Source: Candidatus Cloacimonadales bacterium (GTDB lineage Bacteria; Cloacimonadota; Cloacimonadia; Cloacimonadales; DAONDQ01). From it: a stretch of 64,000 nt of DNA. The stretch spans positions 3,648,001 to 3,712,000 of the forward strand of contig OY759316.1 in NCBI GenBank assembly GCA_963662275.1, written 5' to 3'. The notes under the pieces were generated by a model. The model saw only the letters and a program-made list of their open reading frames with translations, was not told the origin of the DNA and searched no databases. A program made the translations under genes and the position numbers. Shown here one piece after another: positions 21,634 to 32,918 of the stretch (positions are counted from its first letter, which is position 1; every line of letters begins with the position of its first letter).

Positions 21634-24600
21634 TTATTTAAAAGCTTTTACGTAATAAAATCTCTTCATATCAGTCGGGAAAGTAGTTGCTGTCCACGTA
21701 ACACGTCCTCCACTAGAATTGAATGAACCTGAGGATGTGATATCTGTATATGTTGTATAAGGTTGAAGAGAAGTAGAGAATACCTGGTAGCTTGTTGCTG
21801 TTGGAACAGAATCCCAACTGACATCCAACTGGCTACTGCTAGTACTGATAGAAACATTTTGTGGTGGATCTATGGAAATTGTTGGTTTACTCCAAGCAAG
21901 CACATCATTGACCCAGATGTTAGTACCATCTGTTTCCAAAACGATATCTTCAGCTTCAGACAAATCATTCGACCCTGCACCCGTCCAAGTGTTCCAATCA
22001 AGTGCAGTAGAATATATCTGAGAACCAACCGTTTCGAGCATCCCAGTGACTGTATAACTTGGATGACCGAAGGAATTGTTACCTACGCTAATTACTGAAA
22101 TCGCTGGTGATGCTTCAGTGAGGAAAGCCATCGATGTACCATTGATGGAACCGTGATGACTGACTTTCAGGACATCAATATTCACATCGAAATTACTGGT
22201 TATATAAGCATTCGTAGCCAGTTCCATATCACCCGTAAAGAGAAAGCTGATATTTCCATACATCATTTTCATGACAATAGATCTGTCATTCTCAGATGTT
22301 CTGTCTGGTGGAGGGTTGAGAATCGTAGTATCCAATACCCAACTCAGGCTGGAAGTGTTATTCACTGTTTGGATGGGGATACCCTGAGCAGCGATGTCTG
22401 CCATTAATGTTGCCCAGGTGGTAGAAGTGGAATTATCACTATTCTTCACAAATTTATCCACTGTAAAATCAAGCGATTCCAGCATTTGGGGGAATTCACC
22501 ATAATGGTCAAAATCAGGATGGCTGATCATGATCGCATCTAAATGAGTAACACCTTTGCTGATAAGATAAGTCATGAGTTTATTGGAGGAAAGATCTTTT
22601 CCTGAATCTATCAGATAGTTATGCGTACCACGCTGGATAAGACAGGCATCTCCCTGCCTGACATCGATATAAGTCACCTTGATACGCTCTGAAGACCCGC
22701 TTTGCGTGGTTGCATTGGCACTGATGGCAGTTGAATAATGGTTCTCCAAGTCAACTGACCATGCTTTATAATAATATGTGGTGGTTGGGTTCAATCCATT
22801 ATGCGAGTAAGTTGTTCCATTCGCATTAAAAATAACAGTTCCTCCTCCGGTTATGGAAGCCCCAACTGCATATGAACCTGAAGGTGTCCCAAAAGTATTG
22901 CTTGTTGAATAGGCTACGAGTACATTGTCATTTGTGGTATTTTGCTGCCAGGTGAGAGATACCGAAGATGAACTGGAAGCCGTTGCAACCAGATTTGAAG
23001 GATTGTCAACAGACCCTGAATAAACAACTGTGACAGAGTCTGTATTTGAATTTGCACTTAATTCGCTGGATGTGCTGAATGCACGAACACGATAAAAATA
23101 TTCGGTATTGGGAGTTAAACCTGTGACGGATTGGCTGGTTCCTGTAACCAATAAGTCGTTATAACCAGTGACATAAGTATTTGGTGTATAATTCCCAGTG
23201 ATCAGAACATCATCAAGACCTACATTTCCGGCATCTTTTGTATAAGTAAATCGTATCTTTGTTGTTGTAGATTGAAGAGGGAATGTCTTTACCGTGCCGG
23301 AAGTAGGAAGATTCAAATCACCAATACCACTGGGAGTGAGGGTAGCAACAGTCACCCAGGCAGCATTGCTGAATTCTTCAATGAGGAAAGAGCTCGTGGT
23401 GGATGCTGTGGATGTTCCTTTAACCCAAAAACTGATCGAATTGGGATTTGCAAGAGTAGGAGTAACAACATTATCATTTGTTGTATCAAATTTAATGGAG
23501 GGAGATGTAACTCCGAAATAACCTGCACCGGTATAAGTGCTTGTAATTCCACTGAATGTCCATCCTGTGGGAGCAGGAGTACCGGAAGATCCGACGCTGT
23601 TGAAACCTTCATTGATTAAAGTGGAAGAACCTCCAACAGAGAATATCGGTTGTGTAGCAACATCTAATCGATAACTCTGGGCATTGGTAACAGGTTGCCA
23701 GTTTGCACGGAAACTTACATTCGTAATATTGGAAGCAGGCAGTAGAATAGGGGCAGGAAAACTGGATGTCGTGAAGCTTGTTTCTGTTCCATATGCGGTA
23801 CCGCCATTATTGGAAGCATAAGAATTTACATAATACAATGTACTCGCTGCTAATCCTGTCACACTTTCTGAGAATGCACCTGTCGTTGCAGAAGCATCTG
23901 GAAACTGGGTGACACCAACGCCACCGATTTGCGGATTAGTTGTTGCACTGACAACAATACCTCTGCCCGTTATGGAAGAACCACCATCAGAAACAACAGT
24001 TCCTGCTGCAAGACAACCATAATGTGTAATGGCACTAATGCTGCCAGTGGTAACAGTGGGCGTTGAATAATTTGGTGCTACTGTACCGATGATCTCCAAG
24101 TCTGGATTACTGCCTTCAAAACCTGCTGAACCAGATGTCCCGGATGCACTGTAACCATACATACGGAAAGTGATATTTCCTGTCTGATTGCTGATTGTCG
24201 TAATTGGTAACGTTTGATTGATTCCCGTCGTTGCTGAGGTTGTAAATGATCCCAAGTCAGTAGCATAATCATCCACACTGCTGCGGAAGGTAAATGCAGT
24301 AGGACCAGTCGAAGAACGCTCCATATGGAAATGAAGAGAAGTGATATTCATGGCATAGCTTGAACCAGGAGAAATAACAAATTGCATATACTTATTATTC
24401 GTGATAGCTGTTGCCAGGCTTGTCGTTGTTTGCCAGTTTGTAGCATTGAATCTATCTGCATTCCCCGCCGCAGTAAGACCAGCCCCACGGGAGATTACTC
24501 CACTGGGGGCTGTGGATGATACATTCGCAGCAACAACATTCGCAGCGACGGATACTTCACTTCCGGAACCACCGGAAAACTCCCAGGACATTAGTGTTAT

Positions 24601-24660
24601 ACCCAAGAGATTAGTAAGGAGAAAAGCGAGGATAATCAAAACATATATTCTTTTATGCAT
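21634..24660 (-). CDS. Large secreted Ser/Thr-rich protein with Fn3 domains and a ComEC/Rec2-type metallo-beta-lactamase (putative nuclease) domain
   Basis: Signal peptide; GLTPNTEYFYRVRA Fn3; IDVRQGD..LIDSG..SHPDFDHYG..LFTGD..LKVSHHGS..SVG.N.FGHP. Confidence 0.8.
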   Translation of the reverse strand: MHKRIYVLIILAFLLTNLLGITLMSWEFSGGSGSEVSVAANVVAANVSSTAPSGVISRGAGLTAAGNADRFNATNWQTTTSLATAITNNKYMQFVISPGSSYAMNITSLHFHMERSSTGPTAFTFRSSVDDYATDLGSFTTSATTGINQTLPITTISNQTGNITFRMYGYSASGTSGSAGFEGSNPDLEIIGTVAPNYSTPTVTTGSISAITHYGCLAAGTVVSDGGSSITGRGIVVSATTNPQIGGVGVTQFPDASATTGAFSESVTGLAASTLYYVNSYASNNGGTAYGTETSFTTSSFPAPILLPASNITNVSFRANWQPVTNAQSYRLDVATQPIFSVGGSSTLINEGFNSVGSSGTPAPTGWTFSGITSTYTGAGYFGVTSPSIKFDTTNDNVVTPTLANPNSISFWVKGTSTASTTSSFLIEEFSNAAWVTVATLTPSGIGDLNLPTSGTVKTFPLQSTTTKIRFTYTKDAGNVGLDDVLITGNYTPNTYVTGYNDLLVTGTSQSVTGLTPNTEYFYRVRAFSTSSELSANSNTDSVTVVYSGSVDNPSNLVATASSSSSVSLTWQQNTTNDNVLVAYSTSNTFGTPSGSYAVGASITGGGTVIFNANGTTYSHNGLNPTTTYYYKAWSVDLENHYSTAISANATTQSGSSERIKVTYIDVRQGDACLIQRGTHNYLIDSGKDLSSNKLMTYLISKGVTHLDAIMISHPDFDHYGEFPQMLESLDFTVDKFVKNSDNSTSTTWATLMADIAAQGIPIQTVNNTSSLSWVLDTTILNPPPDRTSENDRSIVMKMMYGNISFLFTGDMELATNAYITSNFDVNIDVLKVSHHGSINGTSMAFLTEASPAISVISVGNNSFGHPSYTVTGMLETVGSQIYSTALDWNTWTGAGSNDLSEAEDIVLETDGTNIWVNDVLAWSKPTISIDPPQNVSISTSSSQLDVSWDSVPTATSYQVFSTSLQPYTTYTDITSSGSFNSSGGRVTWTATTFPTDMKRFYYVKAFK

Positions 24661-24819
24661 TTTATTACTTCCTTTATCAGTTTATATTAGGTAATACTAA
24701 TCAAATCCTGTTCCACGTAAAGCATTTTCATCAAATGAGTAGAAAAAACTTTACATCATGGAACAAAACTGACTGTATATTTCTTAAGTATATTGTGTTT
24801 AATGTATTAGGGGTTGTAC

Positions 24820-27800
24820 ATGCAAAAATTATTGCTGAACCTAGTGTTAGCCTTGCTTTTCCTGCCTTTGTGCGGGATAGATAGTATGATCAGGAACAAT
24901 GACAAACTTTTACCGCAAATGAATGATGGTTATATGACTTTGCAGACTTCCGATGAACTGCCAATTTATGCTGATAAAGCAGGTGATCCCGCTATTCCTC
25001 TTACACATCATTTCTTTCAAATACCTGCCAATTGCAGTATTGAATCTATTGAAATTGTCCCACTGGATGTCAAACAAACGATATTATCCGCACCGGTGAT
25101 TCCAATTCAAAAAACATATCCACTTTCCTATGAAGGAACACCTGAATTTGTGTTACCAAATGCTGTTTACGGACAAAGAAGCATGTATCCTACAAATTAT
25201 TTGTCACATTTTGGTGATGGATATAGCGGTAGTGTACACATTGGATATGTCACTTACTATACTGCTCAATATGAACCGGTGAGTAAGACCCTGTTTCAGC
25301 CAAGTCAATTTAGAATTGAAGTCAATTACACAAATGATCGAAGTGACAAAATCAATCGTAACAACGTAGTCACTAATGATGTGCTATCTTCTTTAGGATT
25401 AGATATAGCCAGGGCAGCGACTGATACAACAGGATATTTACTTATCTATCCTGCTTCACTTGCCGATGCCTATGCTCCACTTGTGGAATGGAGAAAGAAA
25501 CAGGGACTTCGCGTATTTACGCAAACGGTTGAATACATCAATTCGCATTATGGAGGTGTCGATTTACAGGCAAATATCCGATTCTATATCAGGTTCATGT
25601 ATTGGGGTGAGAACATCTCCTATGTAACATTAGGCGCTGATACAGAGCAAATTCCTGATAGAAAGTTCTTCGCATTTGATTGTCATTTTGGCTACCAGGC
25701 AGATGAAAACAGTATCCCCGCTGATATGTATTATGCAAACCTGGATGGCAGTTTTGATAATAACCAGAATGGAATATATGGAGAAGAAGGATTGTTCCCA
25801 ATGGAACAGCCTGGATGGTATTATTTAGAAGAACCTGATTATTTCCCTGAGGTTTATGTTGGCAGAATTAGTGCTCATAATGTTGAAGATGTTACGGATT
25901 ATGTGAACCGCTTGATTGCGTATGAGCAGGGACATTTACCTAACTACAACAATTCTGTGGGCTTAGTTATGGATTTATGGGCAGGTTCGAATAGCGTACA
26001 ATGCCAGCAATACATCGTTGAAAAAGACTTTCCCCCATATTATGATAATACTCTTCTGAACCAGGAGGATAATAACGTTTCGAATGCTCTCAGTGCTATG
26101 TCATGGAATCCTAATATCGTACAGCATACCGGTCATGCCAACCAGAATCTGATGGCTTTGCGGCATGGTTATATAAATAATGACTTCATGACACAACTGC
26201 ATAATGATTATGGCGGGTTGTTTTATTCGATCGGTTGCTGGTCTGAGGCAATTGACTATTCTTCCATCGGTGAAAAAATGGTTATGACTCCCGGAAAAGG
26301 AATGCTGGCTTTTGTGGGAAACTCACGCTTCGGTTGGGGTGCTCCAATTGCCCCGGGTTTTGGATACTCAGAGTTCTTCCAGAAACAATTCTTTCATCTT
26401 CTCTTCAAGGAAAACATCACACATATCGGAGCTGCTAATGCCCTGCAGAAGCTGCCGTTTGTTCCTTATTGCTATGGTACTTCTGTATTTAAGTGGGTTA
26501 CCTATGAATTGAATGAAACAGGAGATTCTTATTTCAGATTATTCACCGACAACCCCAAGCCCTTGATCTATCATATTACGAAAACAGGAGATGGATCTTT
26601 GATTACTGTTCTTTGTGAAGGGAATCCGGTTCCTAATGCCAAGATTTACTTTGAAGAGAGTAACCGGTGCTATGCTGCAGATGTAAATGGAATTGCTTTT
26701 ATCATATCAGCAGATTCCCTGGAGAATAAGGTATTTTCAATTTATGCTGAAGGTTATCAGACAGTTTTGGATGGAGTACTCTCAAGTACTGAAGATGTCT
26801 CCATAGTTGCATTTTACCCTCGGGATGATGCGTGGGAGTATTACTACGAGTACGACGATAGATATGAACTCAGACAATGCGGGAACTATCATTCATCCGT
26901 GCTTATCAATAATGCTGCCAGCGAAGCTCTGGCGTGTCATATTGAGTTGTTAGCAGATACAACGATCGTTCATATAGAGAACTCTGAAATTGAAACAACC
27001 TTAGCAGCGAATACTATACAGGAATATCGTGCTCCAAATTTTAGTGTCATCTATACTGAAAACACGCCGTTGTTGCCCAAGGGTTATCCGTTAACCATCC
27101 AAATTAAATTAACCGTGAACCGTAGTGGTAACGAGGAAATCATCACTCGTGATTTTGTATATCCTCTCTCTGGTCCGGAAGTTTGTATTGAAAATCTGGA
27201 TATTGAAAGCGATGCAGTCCTTCCCGGAACATCTGTTCCGTTTACGATTAGTTTTACGGAACCCATACATAGTCCGTTTAATATTAGCAAAGTAACTATA
27301 TCTTCAGATATCATCACTTTCAATGAATCACATCAAACGATTCATTACAACTCCGTATCAACAGATTCAACTATCCTGAGAGGATTTATTGGCAATTTTA
27401 TGACGATCCCCGGTAATCTTGAAGACGGTCAGATCATTCCGATACACGTTATTGTCGGTGATTCCAGGGGTCAAGGTTATCATGTCGAAAAGACACTGAT
27501 GATACCTGTTGGAAAGCTGTATTACTTCAATGATTTCAATCAATCACTGGATATGACCGGTGATCCTGAATGGCAAAGAGTTGTTGCTCCAATTGCACAA
27601 ACGGGTGGGCAAGCAAATTCTGCTCTTAGCTGCCGACCAACAGAATATGGAACATATACATTAGCCAGCCCTGATTTCGTGTACAGAGAAGGTACCCAAA
27701 TATCCTTTGATTATTTCTACAAGATGCCCATGTACGGAAAAGATGGAGTATTCATAAAACTTGTACATAATACAACCAGTGAAGATATATTATTCCTTGG

Positions 27801-28335
27801 TTCAGGTGGCGCTTTGGGACGTGTAAGCACTTCAGATTACATTACCAGTAACTGGGCGTCTTATGAGCTCGATCTGGCAAACCTGCCATTACATCCTTTG
27901 CAGGTGGGAGATTTGTTCCATCTGGAATTCTCCTTTGTGTATGCTGATACAACAGGGCTTAATAACTACACAGAGATGCCGGATGTGGGAGTATTTATTG
28001 ATGATCTGAAGATCTTCAATGATATGACAGGTTCTCAAACTAATGTGACACAACCAATCATACGAATCCTAGCTTACCCAAATCCAATCGATCAGTTTGC
28101 TTTTCTCAAAATTGATCTTCTTAGCTGGACAAATACAACCTATGATTTGAATATCTACAATATTCGTGGTCAAAGAGTCTATCATACGAAAGGGGTCGTT
28201 GAAGGAACAAAAACTAAAAGGCTGATTTGGAATAAAGTGGATGACCGAGGTTCTAAAGTTGCCAGTGGAGTTTATCTAGTAAAAATCAAAGCTGCAGGTA
28301 GGGAAGTTACGAAAAAAATCATAATCATTAATTAA
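24820..28335 (+). CDS. Gingipain-like cysteine peptidase (family C25) with propeptide and FlgD/T9SS-A-like CTD
   Basis: GDPAIP propeptide; YVTLGAD, ADMYYANLDG, PEVYVGRI; putative catalytic His (TGHA) and Cys (SIGCWS); AYPNP..IYNIRGQ..ASGVY. Confidence 0.85.
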   Translation: MQKLLLNLVLALLFLPLCGIDSMIRNNDKLLPQMNDGYMTLQTSDELPIYADKAGDPAIPLTHHFFQIPANCSIESIEIVPLDVKQTILSAPVIPIQKTYPLSYEGTPEFVLPNAVYGQRSMYPTNYLSHFGDGYSGSVHIGYVTYYTAQYEPVSKTLFQPSQFRIEVNYTNDRSDKINRNNVVTNDVLSSLGLDIARAATDTTGYLLIYPASLADAYAPLVEWRKKQGLRVFTQTVEYINSHYGGVDLQANIRFYIRFMYWGENISYVTLGADTEQIPDRKFFAFDCHFGYQADENSIPADMYYANLDGSFDNNQNGIYGEEGLFPMEQPGWYYLEEPDYFPEVYVGRISAHNVEDVTDYVNRLIAYEQGHLPNYNNSVGLVMDLWAGSNSVQCQQYIVEKDFPPYYDNTLLNQEDNNVSNALSAMSWNPNIVQHTGHANQNLMALRHGYINNDFMTQLHNDYGGLFYSIGCWSEAIDYSSIGEKMVMTPGKGMLAFVGNSRFGWGAPIAPGFGYSEFFQKQFFHLLFKENITHIGAANALQKLPFVPYCYGTSVFKWVTYELNETGDSYFRLFTDNPKPLIYHITKTGDGSLITVLCEGNPVPNAKIYFEESNRCYAADVNGIAFIISADSLENKVFSIYAEGYQTVLDGVLSSTEDVSIVAFYPRDDAWEYYYEYDDRYELRQCGNYHSSVLINNAASEALACHIELLADTTIVHIENSEIETTLAANTIQEYRAPNFSVIYTENTPLLPKGYPLTIQIKLTVNRSGNEEIITRDFVYPLSGPEVCIENLDIESDAVLPGTSVPFTISFTEPIHSPFNISKVTISSDIITFNESHQTIHYNSVSTDSTILRGFIGNFMTIPGNLEDGQIIPIHVIVGDSRGQGYHVEKTLMIPVGKLYYFNDFNQSLDMTGDPEWQRVVAPIAQTGGQANSALSCRPTEYGTYTLASPDFVYREGTQISFDYFYKMPMYGKDGVFIKLVHNTTSEDILFLGSGGALGRVSTSDYITSNWASYELDLANLPLHPLQVGDLFHLEFSFVYADTTGLNNYTEMPDVGVFIDDLKIFNDMTGSQTNVTQPIIRILAYPNPIDQFAFLKIDLLSWTNTTYDLNIYNIRGQRVYHTKGVVEGTKTKRLIWNKVDDRGSKVASGVYLVKIKAAGREVTKKIIIIN

Positions 28336-28363
28336 AAAAGGGATGATGAGAAGCATCCCTTTT
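28336..28363 (+). terminator. Intrinsic terminator (possibly bidirectional)
   Basis: aaaagggatg-atgagaag-catcccttt between convergent genes. Confidence 0.7.
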
Positions 28364-28530
28364 CATGAGCATTTGGAACAATACAAATTATTCCAAATAA
28401 TGAGGAGAAGATTCATATGTGCTTTTATATGAACGGCGTTACTCACCGATTTTGTTCTCTATCTCCAAAGTTTTAACATGATTATCTCAGAATGATGATT
28501 CACGAAGTAAAGTAATACGATTACACATCA

Positions 28531-29685
28531 TCACTTCGTTAATGTGGCTTTAATAACAGATTTCAAATTCCCTGATGTCATTTCAACTATATATACACCA
28601 GAAGAACAAGTACGTCCTCTGACATCTCTTCCATCCCAAACAACACTATAGCTATTTATATCTTTCTCTTCAGATAATATGTTTTTCATGATTTGCCCTT
28701 TCAAATTATAGACATTGATAATCACTTTACCTTTATTTGCTACACTGAAAGTAATCGTGACACTTGATGCAAATGGATTCGGAAAAACACTGTTAAGTGA
28801 AGTTATCGCAGGAATGTTCTTCATATGTGTGTTTTTTTGGTCATTATCCACAGTTGCTCTGATTGGACCATGAAAAGTGACTTTCCCCTTGCGACTACTA
28901 TCTTGTAGCCAATAATAATGAAAATCACTGGATTCATGAACATCAATAAAAGAATAAGTATGTTCATAAGATGTGTTAGCTGCATTTACGATAGAAGCAT
29001 TTACCTGGACTGCTGTTGATAAATCTTCACTATTGCTTCGGAATATGTTGAAACCGGTTATATTCTTTTCGGATTGCGTCACCCATTCTAATGTTACATA
29101 TCTCTGTTCTCTTTGAATTGCTGAAAAGGAAGTCAGGTCAACAGGTAAATCCTGGTCAATCTCTGTTAATGTCCAGTCTAAATATTCCTTTGATGTGCTG
29201 TTCAGGGATGTAATTCCTGTAACTGTTATCGTTTTGTATTTTCCTCTATTCTCAACATTATATATCCCTACAAACTTCCATTGTGATTCCCCTGTGACAT
29301 GATTCCTTTGAAAAACATTCATAATCGATGAGGAAGATAAAGCTGCTGGATATGAGAAAACTACATCTGTTATTCCAACCATTGTGCCTGTTGTCTGCCA
29401 TGTATGTGCTATGCTTGTATAAATACCGAACTTGTGAGCATCATTGTGCATCGTTACTTTGAACCCAGTTATTGTGCACGCTCCCATAATAGCAAAATCC
29501 TGATCATCAACTGTGAGTTTGTGATCTTGTTTAATATTAACTGAATCATCTTTACCTGGTATGATACCGCCTGACCAAGTTGCAGGTGAATTCCAGTTAC
29601 CTGTTTGTTCTGTTGTTATGATGATTGCATAACCTTCAACAAAAACGATCATCAGAATAAATGCAATCAGAATCATGTGTTTCAT
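28531..29685 (-). CDS. Secreted protein with LPVxL-type domain and FlgD/T9SS-A-like CTD
   Basis: Signal peptide; GNWNSPATW; LPVDLTSFSA..W.T.SE..GFNI; FPNPF..YNLKGQ..SSGVY. Confidence 0.75.
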   Translation of the reverse strand: MKHMILIAFILMIVFVEGYAIIITTEQTGNWNSPATWSGGIIPGKDDSVNIKQDHKLTVDDQDFAIMGACTITGFKVTMHNDAHKFGIYTSIAHTWQTTGTMVGITDVVFSYPAALSSSSIMNVFQRNHVTGESQWKFVGIYNVENRGKYKTITVTGITSLNSTSKEYLDWTLTEIDQDLPVDLTSFSAIQREQRYVTLEWVTQSEKNITGFNIFRSNSEDLSTAVQVNASIVNAANTSYEHTYSFIDVHESSDFHYYWLQDSSRKGKVTFHGPIRATVDNDQKNTHMKNIPAITSLNSVFPNPFASSVTITFSVANKGKVIINVYNLKGQIMKNILSEEKDINSYSVVWDGRDVRGRTCSSGVYIVEMTSGNLKSVIKATLTK

Positions 29686-29750
29686 CTACTTCTCCTAAAC
29701 ATACTCTGCATTAGTTAACACTTATATCTTTGTGTGTCATTTCCTTATTT

Positions 29751-29766
29751 AGCATAGTATGCGCCA
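29751..29766 (-). promoter_or_regulatory. Putative sigma54 (-24/-12) promoter for 28531-29685
   Basis: Minus strand TGGCGCATACTATGCT = GG-N10-GC, ~65 nt upstream of the ATG, next to an NtrC-family gene. Confidence 0.55.
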
Positions 29767-30126
29767 TATGAATCAAATTGCTTAACTGCCTAATATAATA
29801 ATTAGTTGCATGATATAAGATGGAAACCGTATGGCAAAATACACTACTTGGACTATATGGCTTTTCTGATGTTTTCTTGTAAAAGTCTAGGTATGTTGAG
29901 CCAATAGCATCTCAATCCCATATAATATAAACATTTTATTGTGGCTGTTCAATGATTATGACTGAATTGCATTTAATTAACAAGCTTAAGAAGTTGTATT
30001 AAGAAGAATGTGTTTGAATTGTTGTATATATACCTACTTCGAAAAGACATATATGGCAAAAAATACAACAAAAAAAGGTAGAGGATCTAACAACTCAATC
30101 CAACGGAAAAGGAGAGGCTAGTAATA

Positions 30127-31470
30127 CTACGTGGGGTGGTTAATTTTATAGTGTTTTATTTTCTTTAATAAATTGGATTTATCCAATCCCAAAGCTTTGG
30201 CAGAATGCGTAATGTTCCAGTCATGTTCAATTAGTGTATTAAAAATATAGCCTTTCTCGAAAGCATGGACTACACTGCGCAGAGAATTGGAATCTGTAGA
30301 AAGTGATGTATTAATAGTCTTTTCTGAAGGGTGCAAATCTAACACCGTAAGGGAGTCATTTTTGGCAAAAATCACCCCCCTTTCGATAGTATTACGTAAT
30401 TCACGAACATTCCCTTTCCAATCATGTTCAATCAACCATTGCATCGCTTGAGATGATATTGTTTTGGGGAGTATGTTATTTTTCAGACTAAATAGATTCA
30501 GGAAATAAATGGCAAGCTCAAGGATATCCTCTTTTCGTGATTTCAGGGGCGGTACTTTAATGTTAATAGTGTTGATGCGATAATACAGATCTTCTCTAAA
30601 ATCTCCATTTTTTATCTGTGTCGGTAAGTCATGATTGGTTGTACAAATAACTCGGCAATTAACTTTATGCATTTTCCCTCCAAGTTTCTGTATCTCACCT
30701 TCTGCAAGTATGCGCAATAATTTTGCCTGAGCCTGGATGGGCAATTCGCTGATTTCGTCTAGAAGGATGTCACTTCCATCTGCATATTCGAAATAGCCTT
30801 TTCGTGATTTTAATGCTCCGGTAAAAGCGCCTTGCTCATAACCAAATAATTCGGACTCAACTAAATCACGTGGTATGGCACCACAGTTTACTGTTATCAT
30901 ACTTTGATTGGAATGAGAACTGAGTTTATGGATTGCTTGCGCAACCAATTCTTTTCCAACACCAGTTTCACCTGTTATCAGTACTGGAGAGTTGTATTGA
31001 GCAGCCAGGATGATATTTTCATGTATGACTTGCATAGCTTCAGAAGAACCAACCATGCCAACAGCCGAGATGATCATGTTTTTACTTTTTTCTTCCTTAG
31101 TAATTCGGTCTTTCACATTTCTAATTTTTGTGATTAAATATTCAGGAATAACTGGTTTTTCAATGAATTCGGTTGCCCCTAATTTGAAAACTTGCATCGC
31201 ATCAGATAAATGTACTTTTGCAGAAATTACGATAACTGCAACATAGGAATGATTCTCTTGTACATGTTCCAGTACTTTAAAGCCGTCCGAGATTTCAGGG
31301 AAGCATAAATCCTGAAACAAGATATCAATTCGGTTCTCCTCTAAAATTTGATAACTCTGTTCCGTGTTATTTGCGGTAAAAGCCTGATAGCCTGCTTTTA
31401 ATACTACCGTTGATAATACTTTACATACCATTTCATTATCATCAGCAATTAATACATTAATCTGTCGCAC
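30127..31470 (-). CDS. NtrC-family sigma54-dependent response regulator (REC-AAA+-HTH)
   Basis: ADD..D..KP receiver; GETGVGKE, ESELFG, GAFTGA, LLDEI, FREDLYYR, WKGNVREL; Fis-type HTH. Confidence 0.93.
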   Translation of the reverse strand: MRQINVLIADDNEMVCKVLSTVVLKAGYQAFTANNTEQSYQILEENRIDILFQDLCFPEISDGFKVLEHVQENHSYVAVIVISAKVHLSDAMQVFKLGATEFIEKPVIPEYLITKIRNVKDRITKEEKSKNMIISAVGMVGSSEAMQVIHENIILAAQYNSPVLITGETGVGKELVAQAIHKLSSHSNQSMITVNCGAIPRDLVESELFGYEQGAFTGALKSRKGYFEYADGSDILLDEISELPIQAQAKLLRILAEGEIQKLGGKMHKVNCRVICTTNHDLPTQIKNGDFREDLYYRINTINIKVPPLKSRKEDILELAIYFLNLFSLKNNILPKTISSQAMQWLIEHDWKGNVRELRNTIERGVIFAKNDSLTVLDLHPSEKTINTSLSTDSNSLRSVVHAFEKGYIFNTLIEHDWNITHSAKALGLDKSNLLKKIKHYKINHPT

Positions 31471-31714
31471 AACAGTCTCCCTTCATCTCATTCCAAATTT
31501 GAATTGCTTTTCTTATTTGCGTTCTAACAGCAGGACCCCAACCCTGCTCAGATTGCATCTTCATTTCTACCCAAAGAAGATCATATTTAAATTAAATCCT
31601 TATATTTATTATATAATCATACTTTTCGTGGTATAAGATTCCAATCCTACTGAACATAAGACTTTATTTCTATTCAGGTTATGCATAACATAAGATCGGA
31701 ATCTTATGCCACAT

Positions 31715-32809
31715 CTACAAGCAAATCTGTTTGCTAATTTCGTGCTCTTTAACTGTAAATTTAACGATTTCAATAGAACATGGTTTTAAAATTTCTTCCA
31801 GATAAGCAAGTACAGGATATTCTGTCCAGAAGTGTCCTGCATCAATGATCGGGATTCCACTTTCCAGCATTGCATGATAGTTAATATCTCCCGTGATGAA
31901 AGCATCAGCTCTGCCAATTAGCTGCCTTAATAAGGAACCACCCGCACCACCACAAACAGCAATAGTCTTCACTTTTTCGGTAATCTTTTTATCTGCCAGC
32001 CACAAGTTGACCTTCGGACAACCCAATTTTTCTTTCACTTCTAGAGAAAATGATTTGAGAGATTTCATGATAGGTATTTTTCCTATCAGCCCAAGCCCAT
32101 ATGCCGGATTCTCCATTTTGACCGGATGTGCATAATAAACCGGTGTTTCATAAAAATGTATTGATTTTATCATTTGAAGAACATGGTCCAGACGAAAATT
32201 CTCGCAAAAGAATTGAATCTTCATTTCATCAACACGTTGTAATTTTCCATATTCTCCAAGCGAAGGATCACTTCCTTCCAAAGGTCTGAAATGCCCTTCG
32301 ACCTGGTTTTCTGATGCACATTGATCATAATTTCCTATCAAACCACCACCAGCTTCCGCGATAACCTGTCTGACTCTCACGGCATGGGTAAGAGGTACAA
32401 ACACCGTTACATGGAGCCATTCACTACCCGTTTCATTTGTGATATATTCCAAGTCAGTTAGACCTATTTTTTCAGCAAGTGCATGATTCACACCATGAGG
32501 TGCTATATCAAGGTTCGTGTGGGAGCTATAAACAGCTATTCTATGCCAGGCAAGGGAAAGCAAGGTCTCGTTCGTTAAGGATTTCAAAGGTTTAAAAATC
32601 AGAGGATGATGAGAGATGATGCAATCTACTTTTTCCCTGATAGCTTTTTCAACTGCACCATGAGTAACATCCAGCGTTAAAAGTATCTTCTTCACTTTCC
32701 AGGAACGTTCCCCAACCTGCAAACCGGGATTATCCCATTGCATAGCCAATCCTTCAGGAGCTGCTTTCTGCATTATATCCAAGATATCTTGGACAATGAT
32801 AGTTTTCAT
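31715..32809 (-). CDS. Nif3-like dinuclear metal-centre protein (YqfO/YbgI family) with PII-like insert
   Basis: WDNPGLQVG, ISHHPLIF, SHTNLD, GNYDQCA, ITGDI.YH, DAGHFWTE; start MKTII. Confidence 0.92.
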   Translation of the reverse strand: MKTIIVQDILDIMQKAAPEGLAMQWDNPGLQVGERSWKVKKILLTLDVTHGAVEKAIREKVDCIISHHPLIFKPLKSLTNETLLSLAWHRIAVYSSHTNLDIAPHGVNHALAEKIGLTDLEYITNETGSEWLHVTVFVPLTHAVRVRQVIAEAGGGLIGNYDQCASENQVEGHFRPLEGSDPSLGEYGKLQRVDEMKIQFFCENFRLDHVLQMIKSIHFYETPVYYAHPVKMENPAYGLGLIGKIPIMKSLKSFSLEVKEKLGCPKVNLWLADKKITEKVKTIAVCGGAGGSLLRQLIGRADAFITGDINYHAMLESGIPIIDAGHFWTEYPVLAYLEEILKPCSIEIVKFTVKEHEISKQICL

Positions 32810-32918
32810 AATCACCTCGAATATTACTTCTCTGATAAGATAATCAATATTTCTACGGATTGCACATTTATTCATTCATGTCAAGCTCTTTTGCAATTAT
32901 TCCAAAAACCAGAGGAGG

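Noticed and set aside
20529..21726. Short ORFs over the tRNA and repeats (20529, 20913, 21346, 21433)
   Set aside because: They overlap RNA or repeat features and lack SD or protein motifs.
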